64,000 bases of DNA from NCBI GenBank assembly GCA_046483445.1, contig JAWODD010000008.1:752-64751 (forward strand), given 5' to 3'. The position numbers were made by a program, and so were the translations under genes. The stretch's first letter is position 1; every line of letters begins with the position of its first letter. Of the stretch, positions 1-9,510 are shown piece by piece. This DNA comes from Bacillota bacterium. GTDB taxonomy: Bacteria; Bacillota; Dethiobacteria; DTU022. The notes under the pieces were generated by a model, which saw nothing but the letters and a program-made list of their open reading frames with translations, did not search any database and was not told the origin of the DNA.

Positions 1-2
1 AT

Positions 3-188
3 GAACCTGAAGAAGTTACTGTGGATCCCGAAGATCCGGAAGTTGATCCTGATGATCCGCAAATACTAACTGTTGACCCCGAAGAACCGAAGACCTCACC
101 CGAAGCCGGAGGGACGAGCATTCCAATGATTTCACTTGGGATACTACTGACCAGCAGCGGGATTATTATGAAAAGGTACTTTAATTAA
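3..188 (+). CDS. 3' end of a window-truncated acidic (D/P/E-rich) surface protein ending in a hydrophobic anchor plus a KR tail
   Basis: The frame is open from the window edge: ...VDPEDPEVDPDDPQILTVDPEEPKTSPEAGGTSIPMISLGILLTSSGIIMKRYFN*. Stop is TAA 186-188. A terminator hairpin follows. Confidence 0.55.
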   Translation, partial: EPEEVTVDPEDPEVDPDDPQILTVDPEEPKTSPEAGGTSIPMISLGILLTSSGIIMKRYFN

Positions 189-236
189 CTTTCTAGTAAA
201 TTAGTTCAAGTAAATAGTTAGCAAATTTCCAGGTGA

Positions 237-259
237 GGCGGCCTCAAGGCCGCCTTTTT
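237..259 (+). terminator. Rho-independent terminator
   Basis: GGCGGCC-TCAA-GGCCGCC perfect 7-bp stem followed by TTTTT. Confidence 0.8.
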
Positions 260-484
260 ATGGTCTTAGAAAGCCAGGTGAACGCATGAAATTATTATTG
301 TAAATGACACAATTATGTGCTATTGTATTTCATTGCCGTGATCATAAATTATTTGCCTGGAAGGGAAAAAATCGTGCGAAGCGAATAAATATTATAATGC
401 CTGCTGTTTTTGGTTTACTGTTGACGGGAAATTTTGCCTGGTTTTGCCGATATGATCTGAGTTTTTGAAGAGGAGGGCAAAAAG

Positions 485-1459
485 TTGGATTTTAGGATTG
501 TAGAAAGGGTATTTTCGGAAGACGAGACTATGCCCACAATTATGGTGGCCAATATTTATGGAGCCCCGGATGTGCAGCGTAACCTGGATAAAATGGAAAA
601 AATTATCAACATAGCGCATGAAAAGCGAGCTAATATCTTAATTTTTCCTGAACTGACTGTTACCGGTTACGTCTGGGACTGCAATAACAGGAATGAAGTG
701 CGAAGCCTTTTGAAAGAAGGCGAAAACACCCGGATAGCGTCATGGATAAAAAATGTCCGCGATAGTTTAACTGAAGGTAGTGACGGATTGGAATATATCT
801 TTTATGGAAACAGCAGGTTAAAAGAAGGCAAAATGTATAACTCCACCTTTATTTTAAACCGGGAGTTGGATTATTCCGCGGAAGAATACATTTATGCCAA
901 GGTATTTTTAACTCCTGTGGAACAGGATTATTTCAGTCAGGGCACCGATAAACGGTTAAGTATAGACACCAAGTGGGGCCGCTTTGGTTTCATGCTTTGT
1001 TACGATCTCTGCTTTGTCGAACTGGCCCGCCAGTATGCCTTTTTGGATGGTGCTGATGCCATAGTGACCATGGCTGCCTGGCACTCTGAAGCGGTCAGGG
1101 AGTATACCATGATGAATGCCCGTACCGATCACTATTACGGTTTTTTATGGGATTTAATGAACAGTTCCAAGGCCGCCTATAACCAGGTTTGGAGTCTCGG
1201 CAGCAACTGGGTGGGGCTTCACGAAAAAAGCAGGGAATACTTATGGGGTGGCAGTGGTATGTGGGCTCCCTCAGGGATGAAGCTTTTACAGGCTTCCAAT
1301 ATTAACGAAGAACTGCTTATTGTAAGGAATTTGGATATCAAGGGACAGCGAGATAAAGAACAGGATGATTTTAACTACCGGATCGATTTTGAGCAGTTTT
1401 ACCGTAATATGGCGTATGGTAAAGAATGCATTTACTATGTCGAAACCGAGAAATCTTAG
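485..1459 (+). CDS. carbon-nitrogen hydrolase family protein (nitrilase/amidase superfamily)
   Basis: FPELTVTGY (catalytic Glu region) and MLCYDLCF (catalytic Cys region) motifs. GAGGAGGG lies 7 nt upstream of the TTG start. ATG 530 is an alternative start. Confidence 0.75.
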   Translation: MDFRIVERVFSEDETMPTIMVANIYGAPDVQRNLDKMEKIINIAHEKRANILIFPELTVTGYVWDCNNRNEVRSLLKEGENTRIASWIKNVRDSLTEGSDGLEYIFYGNSRLKEGKMYNSTFILNRELDYSAEEYIYAKVFLTPVEQDYFSQGTDKRLSIDTKWGRFGFMLCYDLCFVELARQYAFLDGADAIVTMAAWHSEAVREYTMMNARTDHYYGFLWDLMNSSKAAYNQVWSLGSNWVGLHEKSREYLWGGSGMWAPSGMKLLQASNINEELLIVRNLDIKGQRDKEQDDFNYRIDFEQFYRNMAYGKECIYYVETEKS

Positions 1460-1625
1460 CCGATAAAATTTTCACTGAAAATGTAATTTTAAATTGAGCC
1501 CGGAGCTTAGATTATATTTATCATTTTTCGGGCTTTTATCTTTCAGCAGAGCCTTAACTGTTATATTTTTTATCAATCAGTGTTAAAATGAAAGAGCAAA
1601 CATCATGGTTATATAAAGGTGAGTT

Positions 1626-2018
1626 ATGGTTAAATTCCTTTTACTGTTTACCCTTGTCCCCCTCATCGAAGTCTGGATTTTAATTGAAGTGGGAAGTATT
1701 ATTGGCACTGCTCCCACGATTTTGTTGATAGCTTCCACCGGCTTTATCGGGGTATTTTTAGCCAAGTACCAGGGTATTACCGTCCTCTATAAAATGCAGA
1801 TGGATTTGCAGGCGGGAATTGTTCCCGCCGAGCAGCTCTTTGACGGAGGCTGTATCCTGGTCGGAGGCGCTTTGCTTTTAACCCCCGGGTTAATCACTGA
1901 TGCTTTAGGATTTTCGTTGTTATTGCCCTTTACCAGGATTTTTTACAAAGCTGCCGCCCAAAAATATTTTAGCCGTCAGGTGGAAGAAGGTAATTTCCAG
2001 GTTTGGTGGCACAGGTAA
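1626..2018 (+). CDS. fxsA: FxsA family membrane protein
   Basis: N-terminal LIEVWILIEVGSIIG and ALLLTPGLITDALGFSLLLP match the FxsA signature. AAAGGTGAG RBS. Confidence 0.8.
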   Translation: MVKFLLLFTLVPLIEVWILIEVGSIIGTAPTILLIASTGFIGVFLAKYQGITVLYKMQMDLQAGIVPAEQLFDGGCILVGGALLLTPGLITDALGFSLLLPFTRIFYKAAAQKYFSRQVEEGNFQVWWHR

Positions 2019-2142
2019 AAAATTTCAAATAAGCAAACCGAAAGGGCAATTTTAAAGCAGACTGGTATAGCGAAGCTTTTTAAGATAAAGGTTTAATGTA
2101 ATTGAGCGGCTGGTTTTGTTAGAAGAATTGGAGGATCGAAAT

Positions 2143-2551
2143 ATGAGCAAAATTACCGTGGAACAGCAGGGGCATGTTTTACTGCTTGGCCTCAACAGGC
2201 CCGATAAAATGAATGCTTTTGATGTAGAGATGTATATGCTGTTAGCGGAGGGGCTGGGTAAACTTGATCGTGATTCCGAACTCCGCTGCGGGTTAATCTA
2301 TGCCCGGGGCCAACATTTCACCTCCGGGCTGGATATGGCTAAGTGGATTGATGTTTTTAGTGCGGGCAGTTTTCCCGAGTTGGCGGAAGGATCGTGCGAC
2401 CCCCTCGGCCCGGATCGCCGCCCATAAGGGAGAACATGAGGCAGTTTCCCGCCTGCTCCCCGATCTGCAGCCGATTATGGCCAGCGATGATGCCCGGGAA
2501 GGCGTGCACTCTTTCCTGGAGCGGCGTAAGGCCAACTTTAAGGGAAGTTGA
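2143..2551 (+). pseudogene. enoyl-CoA hydratase/crotonase remnant (internal deletion plus frame change)
   Basis: The N-terminal ~95 aa (MSKITVEQQGHVLLLGLNRPDKMNAF...FTSGLDMAKW) are crotonase-like and stop at 2427. The family C-terminus (PIMASDDAREGVHSFLERRKANFKGS*) lies in another frame and ends at 2551. The central ~150 aa, including the catalytic region, are missing. Confidence 0.7.
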
Positions 2552-2844
2552 ACGTGTTTACCGGTTCAACAAGAATTTAAACAAGCCGGCTTTGCATAAG
2601 TTCTGGTTGGCATAATTAGGTTGGGGGGTGTTTGCCTGTGCGACAAGGTGCTGATTTAAACGATCTACGGGCTATATCTCATCGCAGGATGGCGGATCTC
2701 TTCTTACCGAAGAAGCCAGAAAGCTTATGCTGCGTTACAAGGATTCTAGGCAGGAAGCCAGGGCAAGTTTGGAAGAATTATTTAATAAGTATTTTCGTGA
2801 TATTACATAAAGATTTATCCAGGGGTTAATATTAGGGATTGATC

Positions 2845-2891
2845 AAAAAATAAAAGGCGGCCAACCGCTTATAGCTTTCCGGTTAGCCGCC
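2845..2891 (-). terminator. Rho-independent terminator of the cyclase-fold gene
   Basis: 12-bp stem GGCGGCCAACCG/CGGTTAGCCGCC with 1 mismatch. The minus strand reads a T-rich run after the stem. Confidence 0.75.
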
Positions 2892-2927
2892 TTTGAATTT
2901 AAGTAAACTATTGTTCCATTAGCTTAC

Positions 2928-4592
2928 CTATTCCGGCCAGGCTACAAACCGTCCCCAACAAGACGCAAGTTCCATCCCTTTCTGCAGAAAGCAGCCGATA
3001 TAGTAACGTCCACTGTCTAGATGTTCAAGTTCATTGCCAAGGTTTTCGGCATGAACAATTCCGTGTGGAAAGAGATTGAGGTGCATATCCTGGTAGTACT
3101 TATCGAGGGGGAACATTTCATCCCAATCTTTGCCGAATTTATCAATCAGCTTCTGGTTTGCCTCTTCAAAAGTTTTTGGATGGAAAACTCGCTGAATAGT
3201 ATTCATCGGGTGTTCCATGGCCACACAGTCCACTGCCAGCCACTTGATTTTTTTCTTTAAGCACCACTCGGCAAAATCCTGCGAAGGGCCCGGGTGACGG
3301 ATCATATATCTAAACTCATCTGAATCGGGGCTGTCCCAACCAAATTTTGAGTAACCGGTTTTGATAATTAGAATATCCCCTTCCTTTACGTCAACGACCT
3401 CTTCAACCATCTCCGGAGTATAAACACTGGTATCGCTTACCATGCTGGAAATGTCAGCAATGGCTCCCGGACCTTTCCAGAAATCCAGGGGAGTTTCTCC
3501 AATTGTTTTGCCGCTTGCGTAAAAATGAGTCTCGCCATCCATGTGGCTGCTTAAATGGAAACTGGCTTTACAGTGGGAATTATTCCGCCCAAGTCCAAAA
3601 TATTGGCCACCAACTCGCTTGGTATACTGTAAACTCAAAGGAATATAGTTAGCCCACTGCGGAGTCTGAACACTAAAGGGTATGGAAAGATCGTACATCT
3701 TCTTATTCTTCATACCGTTATAAAAATCATTTTCGCTCATTCCTTCTGGTGCCTGCAGGGCCACCACTCTTGACCATGCTGACTCAACTTCGCAGAAAGG
3801 AATTGGTTGGATCATGATCCAGGCCCGCTGGTTGCTTAGTTCCTTGATCTGACCACCCAGTGATTCTGCCAACAACAAGCCGGCTTTCGGCATGGTGCTG
3901 TGGGTGAGCTTATAATATTCATCAGGAGGAAACATTTCATCCCATGTTCTACCATGGGTTTCTTTTAGCTTCGCTTCAGCTTTTTCAAATTCTCGACCAT
4001 GCATGTAGCGGATATTGGTATTCATCGGATGCTCGGCACATCCGCAGTCGACACCGATCACCTTAAGCTTTTTCTCCAAGGCCCATTCGAAGAATCCCGG
4101 TGCCGGACCCGGGTGACGGACCAGGTAGGAAAATTCTTTGTTTTCAACACCACCCTGAGCATTGGGGTTTTGAACATCGGGCTGATCGTAAGTATATTTG
4201 TGGTAGCCGGTATTGATGATCAGGATGTCATTTTCCTTAACTGTTGCCCGCTTTTCGATCATTTCCGGGGTGTAAAGGCTGTAATCAGAAACTTCATCAG
4301 AGATATCGACGATGACACCTTCACCGCAAATATCTTCAAAAGGAATATCAGCAATCGAGCGCATTCCGGAATGAAAAGCAGTTGGCCCAACCAGGTGGGT
4401 TCCGGTATTGTTCGACCACTCGATTAGCTGACCATTTGCACCCAATCCACCGTAAAAAGACCCGGTAACTCGCTTAAAAAAATGAACTTGCAGCGGCATT
4501 TCACCTGGCCATGGTGGAGTAAAGATGCTTAAAGGTTGGTTCAGATCGTACCATTTTGCCTTACTTAGCAAATCAATCGTGTCTCTATTCAT
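2928..4592 (-). CDS. tandem-duplicated cyclase-fold (kynurenine formamidase/isatin hydrolase-like) protein
   Basis: Two homologous halves, each with ...DIS..VSD.S.YTPEM......V.E.DIL.I.TGY...RHPGP...F.EW...K.....VDC...EHPMNT. AGGAGG RBS. Confidence 0.7.
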   Translation of the reverse strand: MNRDTIDLLSKAKWYDLNQPLSIFTPPWPGEMPLQVHFFKRVTGSFYGGLGANGQLIEWSNNTGTHLVGPTAFHSGMRSIADIPFEDICGEGVIVDISDEVSDYSLYTPEMIEKRATVKENDILIINTGYHKYTYDQPDVQNPNAQGGVENKEFSYLVRHPGPAPGFFEWALEKKLKVIGVDCGCAEHPMNTNIRYMHGREFEKAEAKLKETHGRTWDEMFPPDEYYKLTHSTMPKAGLLLAESLGGQIKELSNQRAWIMIQPIPFCEVESAWSRVVALQAPEGMSENDFYNGMKNKKMYDLSIPFSVQTPQWANYIPLSLQYTKRVGGQYFGLGRNNSHCKASFHLSSHMDGETHFYASGKTIGETPLDFWKGPGAIADISSMVSDTSVYTPEMVEEVVDVKEGDILIIKTGYSKFGWDSPDSDEFRYMIRHPGPSQDFAEWCLKKKIKWLAVDCVAMEHPMNTIQRVFHPKTFEEANQKLIDKFGKDWDEMFPLDKYYQDMHLNLFPHGIVHAENLGNELEHLDSGRYYIGCFLQKGMELASCWGRFVAWPE

Positions 4593-4809
4593 GTCAACCT
4601 CCTATTGATTAAAATTGTTGATGAAAAAAAGATTTAAATGTAGAAACTCTTAACATTAAAAAGTATAGCAATAATTGATCGGAATTGTCAATCAAAACAA
4701 ATTGTGAACCAGAAATTCCGCAAATAAGAAGCAGTACAAGTATGTGGACCCTTACTTAGATTTTAACGAAACGATCAATCGTTTCCGATGTCGCGTTAGA
4801 CAACTAAAA

Positions 4810-6507
4810 TTAGATGGAACTTTCCCGGAACAATTTAAGTATATTAACGGCAATTTCGAAGTTGAGCGCGCTTTCCGGGTTGTCCAGGTTGACCCCGGTT
4901 AACTCTTCAATTTTTTTTATTCGGTAAAGAACAGTATTGTAGTGGGTAAACAGCCTGGCTGATGTAAGCTTTAAATTGCGATTAGTTTCGTAGTAAGCTT
5001 CTAAGGTCTTGATTAGATCACCTTTTTTTGTGCGATCATATTCAAAAACCGGGGCTAGCAGTTCTTCCACAAAGCGCTCCAGTTCGCTGCGGTTTTTTTC
5101 GCTGAGAATTTTGTAAAAACCAAGATTATCAAAAAATATAGTGTGGTTTTGCCTTGAAAGCTGCGATATTTTCAATGCTTCGCGGGCTTCTTCGTAGCTG
5201 CGGCCTATATATCTTAGATCGGAATAAGCTTTGCCTACACCGATTTTAAGTTGCATCTTTTTTTCCGTTGAATTTTGCAAGTAACTTACAAGTTCAGAAA
5301 CTGTTTTTTTCAGCGATAAAGTAGGGTTGCCTTCCTCAATTTCGGTGACCGCCACAATATTATTGCCCTTTACCCCGGCGATAAGATTATTCGTTCCATT
5401 TTGTTTAAGGAAATTGTTAATCGCCCTAAGCAAATTCTCCTTGAAGCGGGGAACGTCCATTTCCATGTAATGCTTGATTTCTTCGACTTCGTTGAAGCTA
5501 TTGTCTTTAATAACTAGTACTGCAGTAGGTTTTTCAAGATTGATATTGAAAACTTGTCCCCTTTTAATAACATCATCGACATTACCAAAATCACAGGAAA
5601 GGAGTATTTCCAGAAATTCGTTATAGTAGTTTTTTTCTATTTCATATATTGCTTTATGTTTGGTAAACTCTAAAGCAGCAATGGTGGCTGCTCTCTCCAT
5701 AATCAGGATATCTGGATCATAAATAGGCTCATTAATTAGGGCAACCATGTAGCCATATTCGTATTTATCAGCGACTATCGGTATCCGAATCGCCATGATC
5801 TTAAGTGGTTTTTGTTTGTCAGAAGTATATTCTAATGAATATTTAACCTCTTTTATATTGCCGAAATGCAGCCTTTCTTTTTTTACTTCCATGCTTTCTT
5901 CCGAAAAGAAAAGTTCAAATTTATATTGATCGGGGCAATCATCATTAACAATCAAGCTGCCCTCACTGTCCATGATCGCTACCGGATTGGAGATGAGTTT
6001 CCCGGTTTCCTTGCAGAGTTCTTCCAGGGGACTGCCATGGAGGGCCAGGTTCATTAATTTTTTATGGGCCTGTTCCAATTTTTGCAGTATTTTATTCTGC
6101 TTGTTAAAGACAACGCCCAGGATAGGGGCAATAATTTCTGAAAAAGAAAGATCATAAGGCACCTCCAGTAAAGGAATTTTACACTGTTCGGCGCTGGCAA
6201 CTACTTTATCAGGTATTTCCTCCAGGTAACGCTTTGTTTTAATGGCCAGGGCAGCGCTTCCTTTCTGGCTCATGCGAGGGATCAGGGTTTCCATCAGTTC
6301 GGGGTATTCGCGAAAAGAATAACCGGTGGTCAGTAAGAATTCACCGTCAATCAGCCAGTCCATAATGTCCGGAACTTCGATAACATTGACCAGCTTGATT
6401 ACCCGGTTCAGGCCGTCCTTGCCGCTGACTACTTTCAAACGATTAACTACATCTAACGACAGGGCTTCCCTGACTGTAATGCCGTATTGTTCTTGCATCG
6501 CCGTCAC
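4810..6507 (-). CDS. PucR-family transcriptional regulator
   Basis: C-terminal HTH ...LFTHYNTVLYRIKKIEELTGVNLDNPESALNFEIAV is typical of PucR_C. It is divergent from the carbamate kinase operon. The start may be GTG 6507 or ATG 6498. Confidence 0.8.
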   Translation of the reverse strand: MTAMQEQYGITVREALSLDVVNRLKVVSGKDGLNRVIKLVNVIEVPDIMDWLIDGEFLLTTGYSFREYPELMETLIPRMSQKGSAALAIKTKRYLEEIPDKVVASAEQCKIPLLEVPYDLSFSEIIAPILGVVFNKQNKILQKLEQAHKKLMNLALHGSPLEELCKETGKLISNPVAIMDSEGSLIVNDDCPDQYKFELFFSEESMEVKKERLHFGNIKEVKYSLEYTSDKQKPLKIMAIRIPIVADKYEYGYMVALINEPIYDPDILIMERAATIAALEFTKHKAIYEIEKNYYNEFLEILLSCDFGNVDDVIKRGQVFNINLEKPTAVLVIKDNSFNEVEEIKHYMEMDVPRFKENLLRAINNFLKQNGTNNLIAGVKGNNIVAVTEIEEGNPTLSLKKTVSELVSYLQNSTEKKMQLKIGVGKAYSDLRYIGRSYEEAREALKISQLSRQNHTIFFDNLGFYKILSEKNRSELERFVEELLAPVFEYDRTKKGDLIKTLEAYYETNRNLKLTSARLFTHYNTVLYRIKKIEELTGVNLDNPESALNFEIAVNILKLFRESSI

Positions 6508-6732
6508 AGCCTTTCTGAGAGGTAATATTTATAAAAGAATAGCAAAAACAGGTGATCATTGTCAATCAAATTGTGGTTTATATATAAATAACAAGCAGAG
6601 ATTTGGTGATATAACCTAGAGGAAATCAAAAATAGATGTTTAATTATAAAAAAAGCCACTTTTTTTGAACATAATAATAGAGAAAACAGGGGCATAATAT
6701 TAAAGTTATGTTTAAGAGGAGGATGAATTAAA

Positions 6733-7674
6733 TTGAAAATAGTTGTTGCCCTTGGTGGTAATGCCTTGCTTAAGGCTGGTCAAGAAGGGACCGCGGAAGA
6801 ACAGCTTGAAAACATTGAACTAGCCTGCAGGCAGCTGATCCGGATTGCCCATGATCACGACCTGGTAATTACGCATGGCAATGGACCGCAGGTGGGCAAG
6901 ATTCATATGCAAAATGAGGTGGCTAGTGAGATAAGTCCCTCTATGCCGCTGGATATATGCGGAGCGATGTCCCAGGGTCAGATTGGCTATCTGCTCCAGC
7001 AGGGATTGAATAAAGAGCTCGCCAGGCAGGGTGTTATGAAAGATGTGGCTACAGTCATTACAAGGGTTCAGGTTGATAAGGACGATCCCTCTTTCCAGAA
7101 TCCCACTAAACCGATTGGCACTTTCTACAGCCGAGAAGAGGCTGAAAAACAAATGAAGGAAAAAGGTGAGGTCTGGGTTGAAGACAAGACCAGGGGAGGC
7201 TGGCGTAAGGTGGTTCCCTCCCCGATGCCTTCAAAAATTTTGGAAGAAAATATAGTAAAGAACCTGGTAGATAGCGGCTGCCTGGTTATCGCTTCCGGTG
7301 GTGGAGGTGTTCCGGTGGTAGAAAGTGAAGAGAGTGGCTATGACGGGATAGAAGCAGTTATCGATAAGGACCTGGCCGGCGAACTTCTTGCATCAATTGT
7401 TGATGCTGATGCCATGGTAATTTTGACCGATGTGCCCGAGGTGTATATTAATTACGGGACTCCGGAGCAAAAGACGTTAAGCCGGATAAGCGTGAATGAG
7501 ATGGAAAAATATGAAAAAGAAGGTCACTTTGCAGCAGGAAGTATGGGTCCGAAAGTCGAAGCAGCAATTAAGTTTGCTCGTAAAGACAAAAAAACTGCAA
7601 TCATCACTTCCCTTGAACAGGCCCGGGAAGCAATTACAGGGCAAGCGGGAACATGTTTGATTGGTGAAGAGTAA
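6733..7674 (+). CDS. arcC: carbamate kinase (paralog 1)
   Basis: KIVVALGGNALL...THGNGPQVG...GGGGVPV motifs. TTG start behind AGAGGAGG. Confidence 0.85.
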   Translation: MKIVVALGGNALLKAGQEGTAEEQLENIELACRQLIRIAHDHDLVITHGNGPQVGKIHMQNEVASEISPSMPLDICGAMSQGQIGYLLQQGLNKELARQGVMKDVATVITRVQVDKDDPSFQNPTKPIGTFYSREEAEKQMKEKGEVWVEDKTRGGWRKVVPSPMPSKILEENIVKNLVDSGCLVIASGGGGVPVVESEESGYDGIEAVIDKDLAGELLASIVDADAMVILTDVPEVYINYGTPEQKTLSRISVNEMEKYEKEGHFAAGSMGPKVEAAIKFARKDKKTAIITSLEQAREAITGQAGTCLIGEE

Positions 7675-7706
7675 CAATATCTGGGTGAAAGAAGGAGGGG
7701 AATAAT

Positions 7707-9257
7707 GTGGTTCTCAAAAGTTATATTGCCAAAAATACTTTTCGTGATTCAGTTTACCTGATGCGCCTTTCCTCTACAGTTAGAAATTTTGAGGGGGTTA
7801 TCGAAGCAGAAGTTATAATCGGCACTGACCATAATAAAAAGTTTTTGCAATCCAGCGGGCTCTGGAACGAAGAAATCGAAAAAGAAGCCGGTGCTAACGA
7901 CTTGATCATTGCAGTAAAAGCGGAGGATGAAGAAAAAGCGGAACAGGCAATTAAAAGCACGCATGAGGAATTAAACAAATCGGTGGAAAGAGAAAGCCTG
8001 CTCGGTGAATTTGTACCGCGCACTTTTGAAACAGCTTACGATAACTTCCCCGGGGCCAACCTGGCTTTGTTGTCTATCCCGGGACGTTATGTGCAGCGTG
8101 AAGCAGACCAGATCATCGAAGCCGGTTTGCATTTGATGATCTTCAGCGATAATGTGCCTCTAGACGCTGAAATAGCACTTAAGAAAAAAGCGCAAGAAAA
8201 AAATCTTTTCGTTATGGGTCCGGACTGTGGAACAGCAATCATCAACGGCACACCGCTTGCATTTGCCAATGAGCTAAAAAGAGGGAATATCGGCATTGTT
8301 GCCGCAGCTGGAACCGGTTTGCAGGAAGTGGCAAGCTTGATTAATAACCTGGGTGAAGGAGTTAGTCAAGGTATCGGAACCGGTGGCCGGGACATCAAGG
8401 CGGCGGTGGGCGGAATAACCATGATCCAGGGATTAAAAGCCCTGCTTAATGATAAAAATACGGATGTTATCGTCATTATCGCCAAGCCGCCCGACCAGGA
8501 AGTAACTGAAAAAGTGTTGGACATAGCAAGTAAGGGTAATAAGCCTGTTGTGATAAACTTTATCGGAGGTGATATGGATAAAGTCCGTTCGGCTGGTTGC
8601 AGCCCAGCATTAACCCTTAAAGAAGCAGCTAAAAAAGCGGTCGACCTGTTGCGTCAAAAACCTGTAGAAGGCGAAGATCATCTTGCTGAAGTAGATGAAA
8701 CCCAGATCAGTGCAGAAAAGGAAAAGTATAAAGAGGGCCAGTGCTACCTGCGAGCCCTTTATTCCGGGGGCACGCTTGCCTACGAAGCCCTGGTTTTACT
8801 GCAGAAAAGTGTCGATACAATTTATACCAACCTTAGTTTTGAGCAGGCTAAAAAAGTTGAGGATGTATATAAAAGTCAGAAGAATACCATTATTGACTTT
8901 GGTGAAGATGAATTTACCCAGGGTCGACTGCACCCGATGATTGACCCAACTATTCGAAACAATCGCATAATTGCCGAAGCACAAGATCCAGAAACTGCTG
9001 TAGTGATGCTGGATTTGGTGCTGGGTTATAACGCTCATCCGGACCCGGCCGGTTCAGCACTGGAAGCAATTAAAGAGGCAAAGGCGATTGCAGCAAAAGA
9101 CGGCCGCTGGATTACTTTTGTGACATCTGTTTGCGGTACCGATGATGATATTCAAAACCGTACTGAGCAGGTAAACAAGCTAGAGAACGAAGGAGTTTTT
9201 GTTTTCCCCAGCAATGCCGATGCAGCCAACTATGTAGCAAAGCTTTTACCCGTATGA
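7707..9257 (+). CDS. fdrA: FdrA-like acyl-CoA synthetase (succinyl-CoA synthetase alpha-like) protein
   Basis: Size, CoA-ligase-like glycine-rich segments (GIVAAAGTGLQE, GIGTGGRD) and position upstream of a DUF1116 gene, as in E. coli fdrA-ylbE. Confidence 0.7.
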   Translation: MVLKSYIAKNTFRDSVYLMRLSSTVRNFEGVIEAEVIIGTDHNKKFLQSSGLWNEEIEKEAGANDLIIAVKAEDEEKAEQAIKSTHEELNKSVERESLLGEFVPRTFETAYDNFPGANLALLSIPGRYVQREADQIIEAGLHLMIFSDNVPLDAEIALKKKAQEKNLFVMGPDCGTAIINGTPLAFANELKRGNIGIVAAAGTGLQEVASLINNLGEGVSQGIGTGGRDIKAAVGGITMIQGLKALLNDKNTDVIVIIAKPPDQEVTEKVLDIASKGNKPVVINFIGGDMDKVRSAGCSPALTLKEAAKKAVDLLRQKPVEGEDHLAEVDETQISAEKEKYKEGQCYLRALYSGGTLAYEALVLLQKSVDTIYTNLSFEQAKKVEDVYKSQKNTIIDFGEDEFTQGRLHPMIDPTIRNNRIIAEAQDPETAVVMLDLVLGYNAHPDPAGSALEAIKEAKAIAAKDGRWITFVTSVCGTDDDIQNRTEQVNKLENEGVFVFPSNADAANYVAKLLPV

Positions 9258-9327
9258 ACGGCCCCGGGCCTTTGAGCAGTTATGACCGTTTGATATTTAG
9301 ATAAACTGAGACAGGAGGGTCGAAGTC

Positions 9328-9489
9328 ATGGATACTCTCTTTGAAAGCAAGTTGAAAGTTATTAATATGGGGCTTGAAGATTTTGCTGAAACCCTGAAAG
9401 AAAGAGGAACACCGGTTATGCACGTGCGCTGGCAGCCGCCGGCCATGGGCGATAACGACTTGCTTAATTTGCTTGATAAGTTAAAATAA
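9328..9489 (+). CDS. 53-aa hypothetical protein between fdrA and the DUF1116 gene (below the ORF-track cutoff)
   Basis: ATG sits 8 nt after AGGAGGG. Translation: MDTLFESKLKVINMGLEDFAETLKERGTPVMHVRWQPPAMGDNDLLNLLDKLK*. It is tightly packed between flanking genes. Confidence 0.55.
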   Translation: MDTLFESKLKVINMGLEDFAETLKERGTPVMHVRWQPPAMGDNDLLNLLDKLK

Positions 9490-9510
9490 ATTCTGGGAGG
9501 TGCAATTCTA

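Noticed and set aside
2632-2829. 65-aa ORF, and an alternative frame ending ...SLLTEEARKLMLRYKDSRQEARASLEELFNKYFRDIT*.
   Set aside because: There is no RBS or start for either frame. The alternative frame looks protein-like but has no initiation codon before Met at ...KLML.... It is possibly another gene remnant next to the crotonase pseudogene, but this is not supportable.
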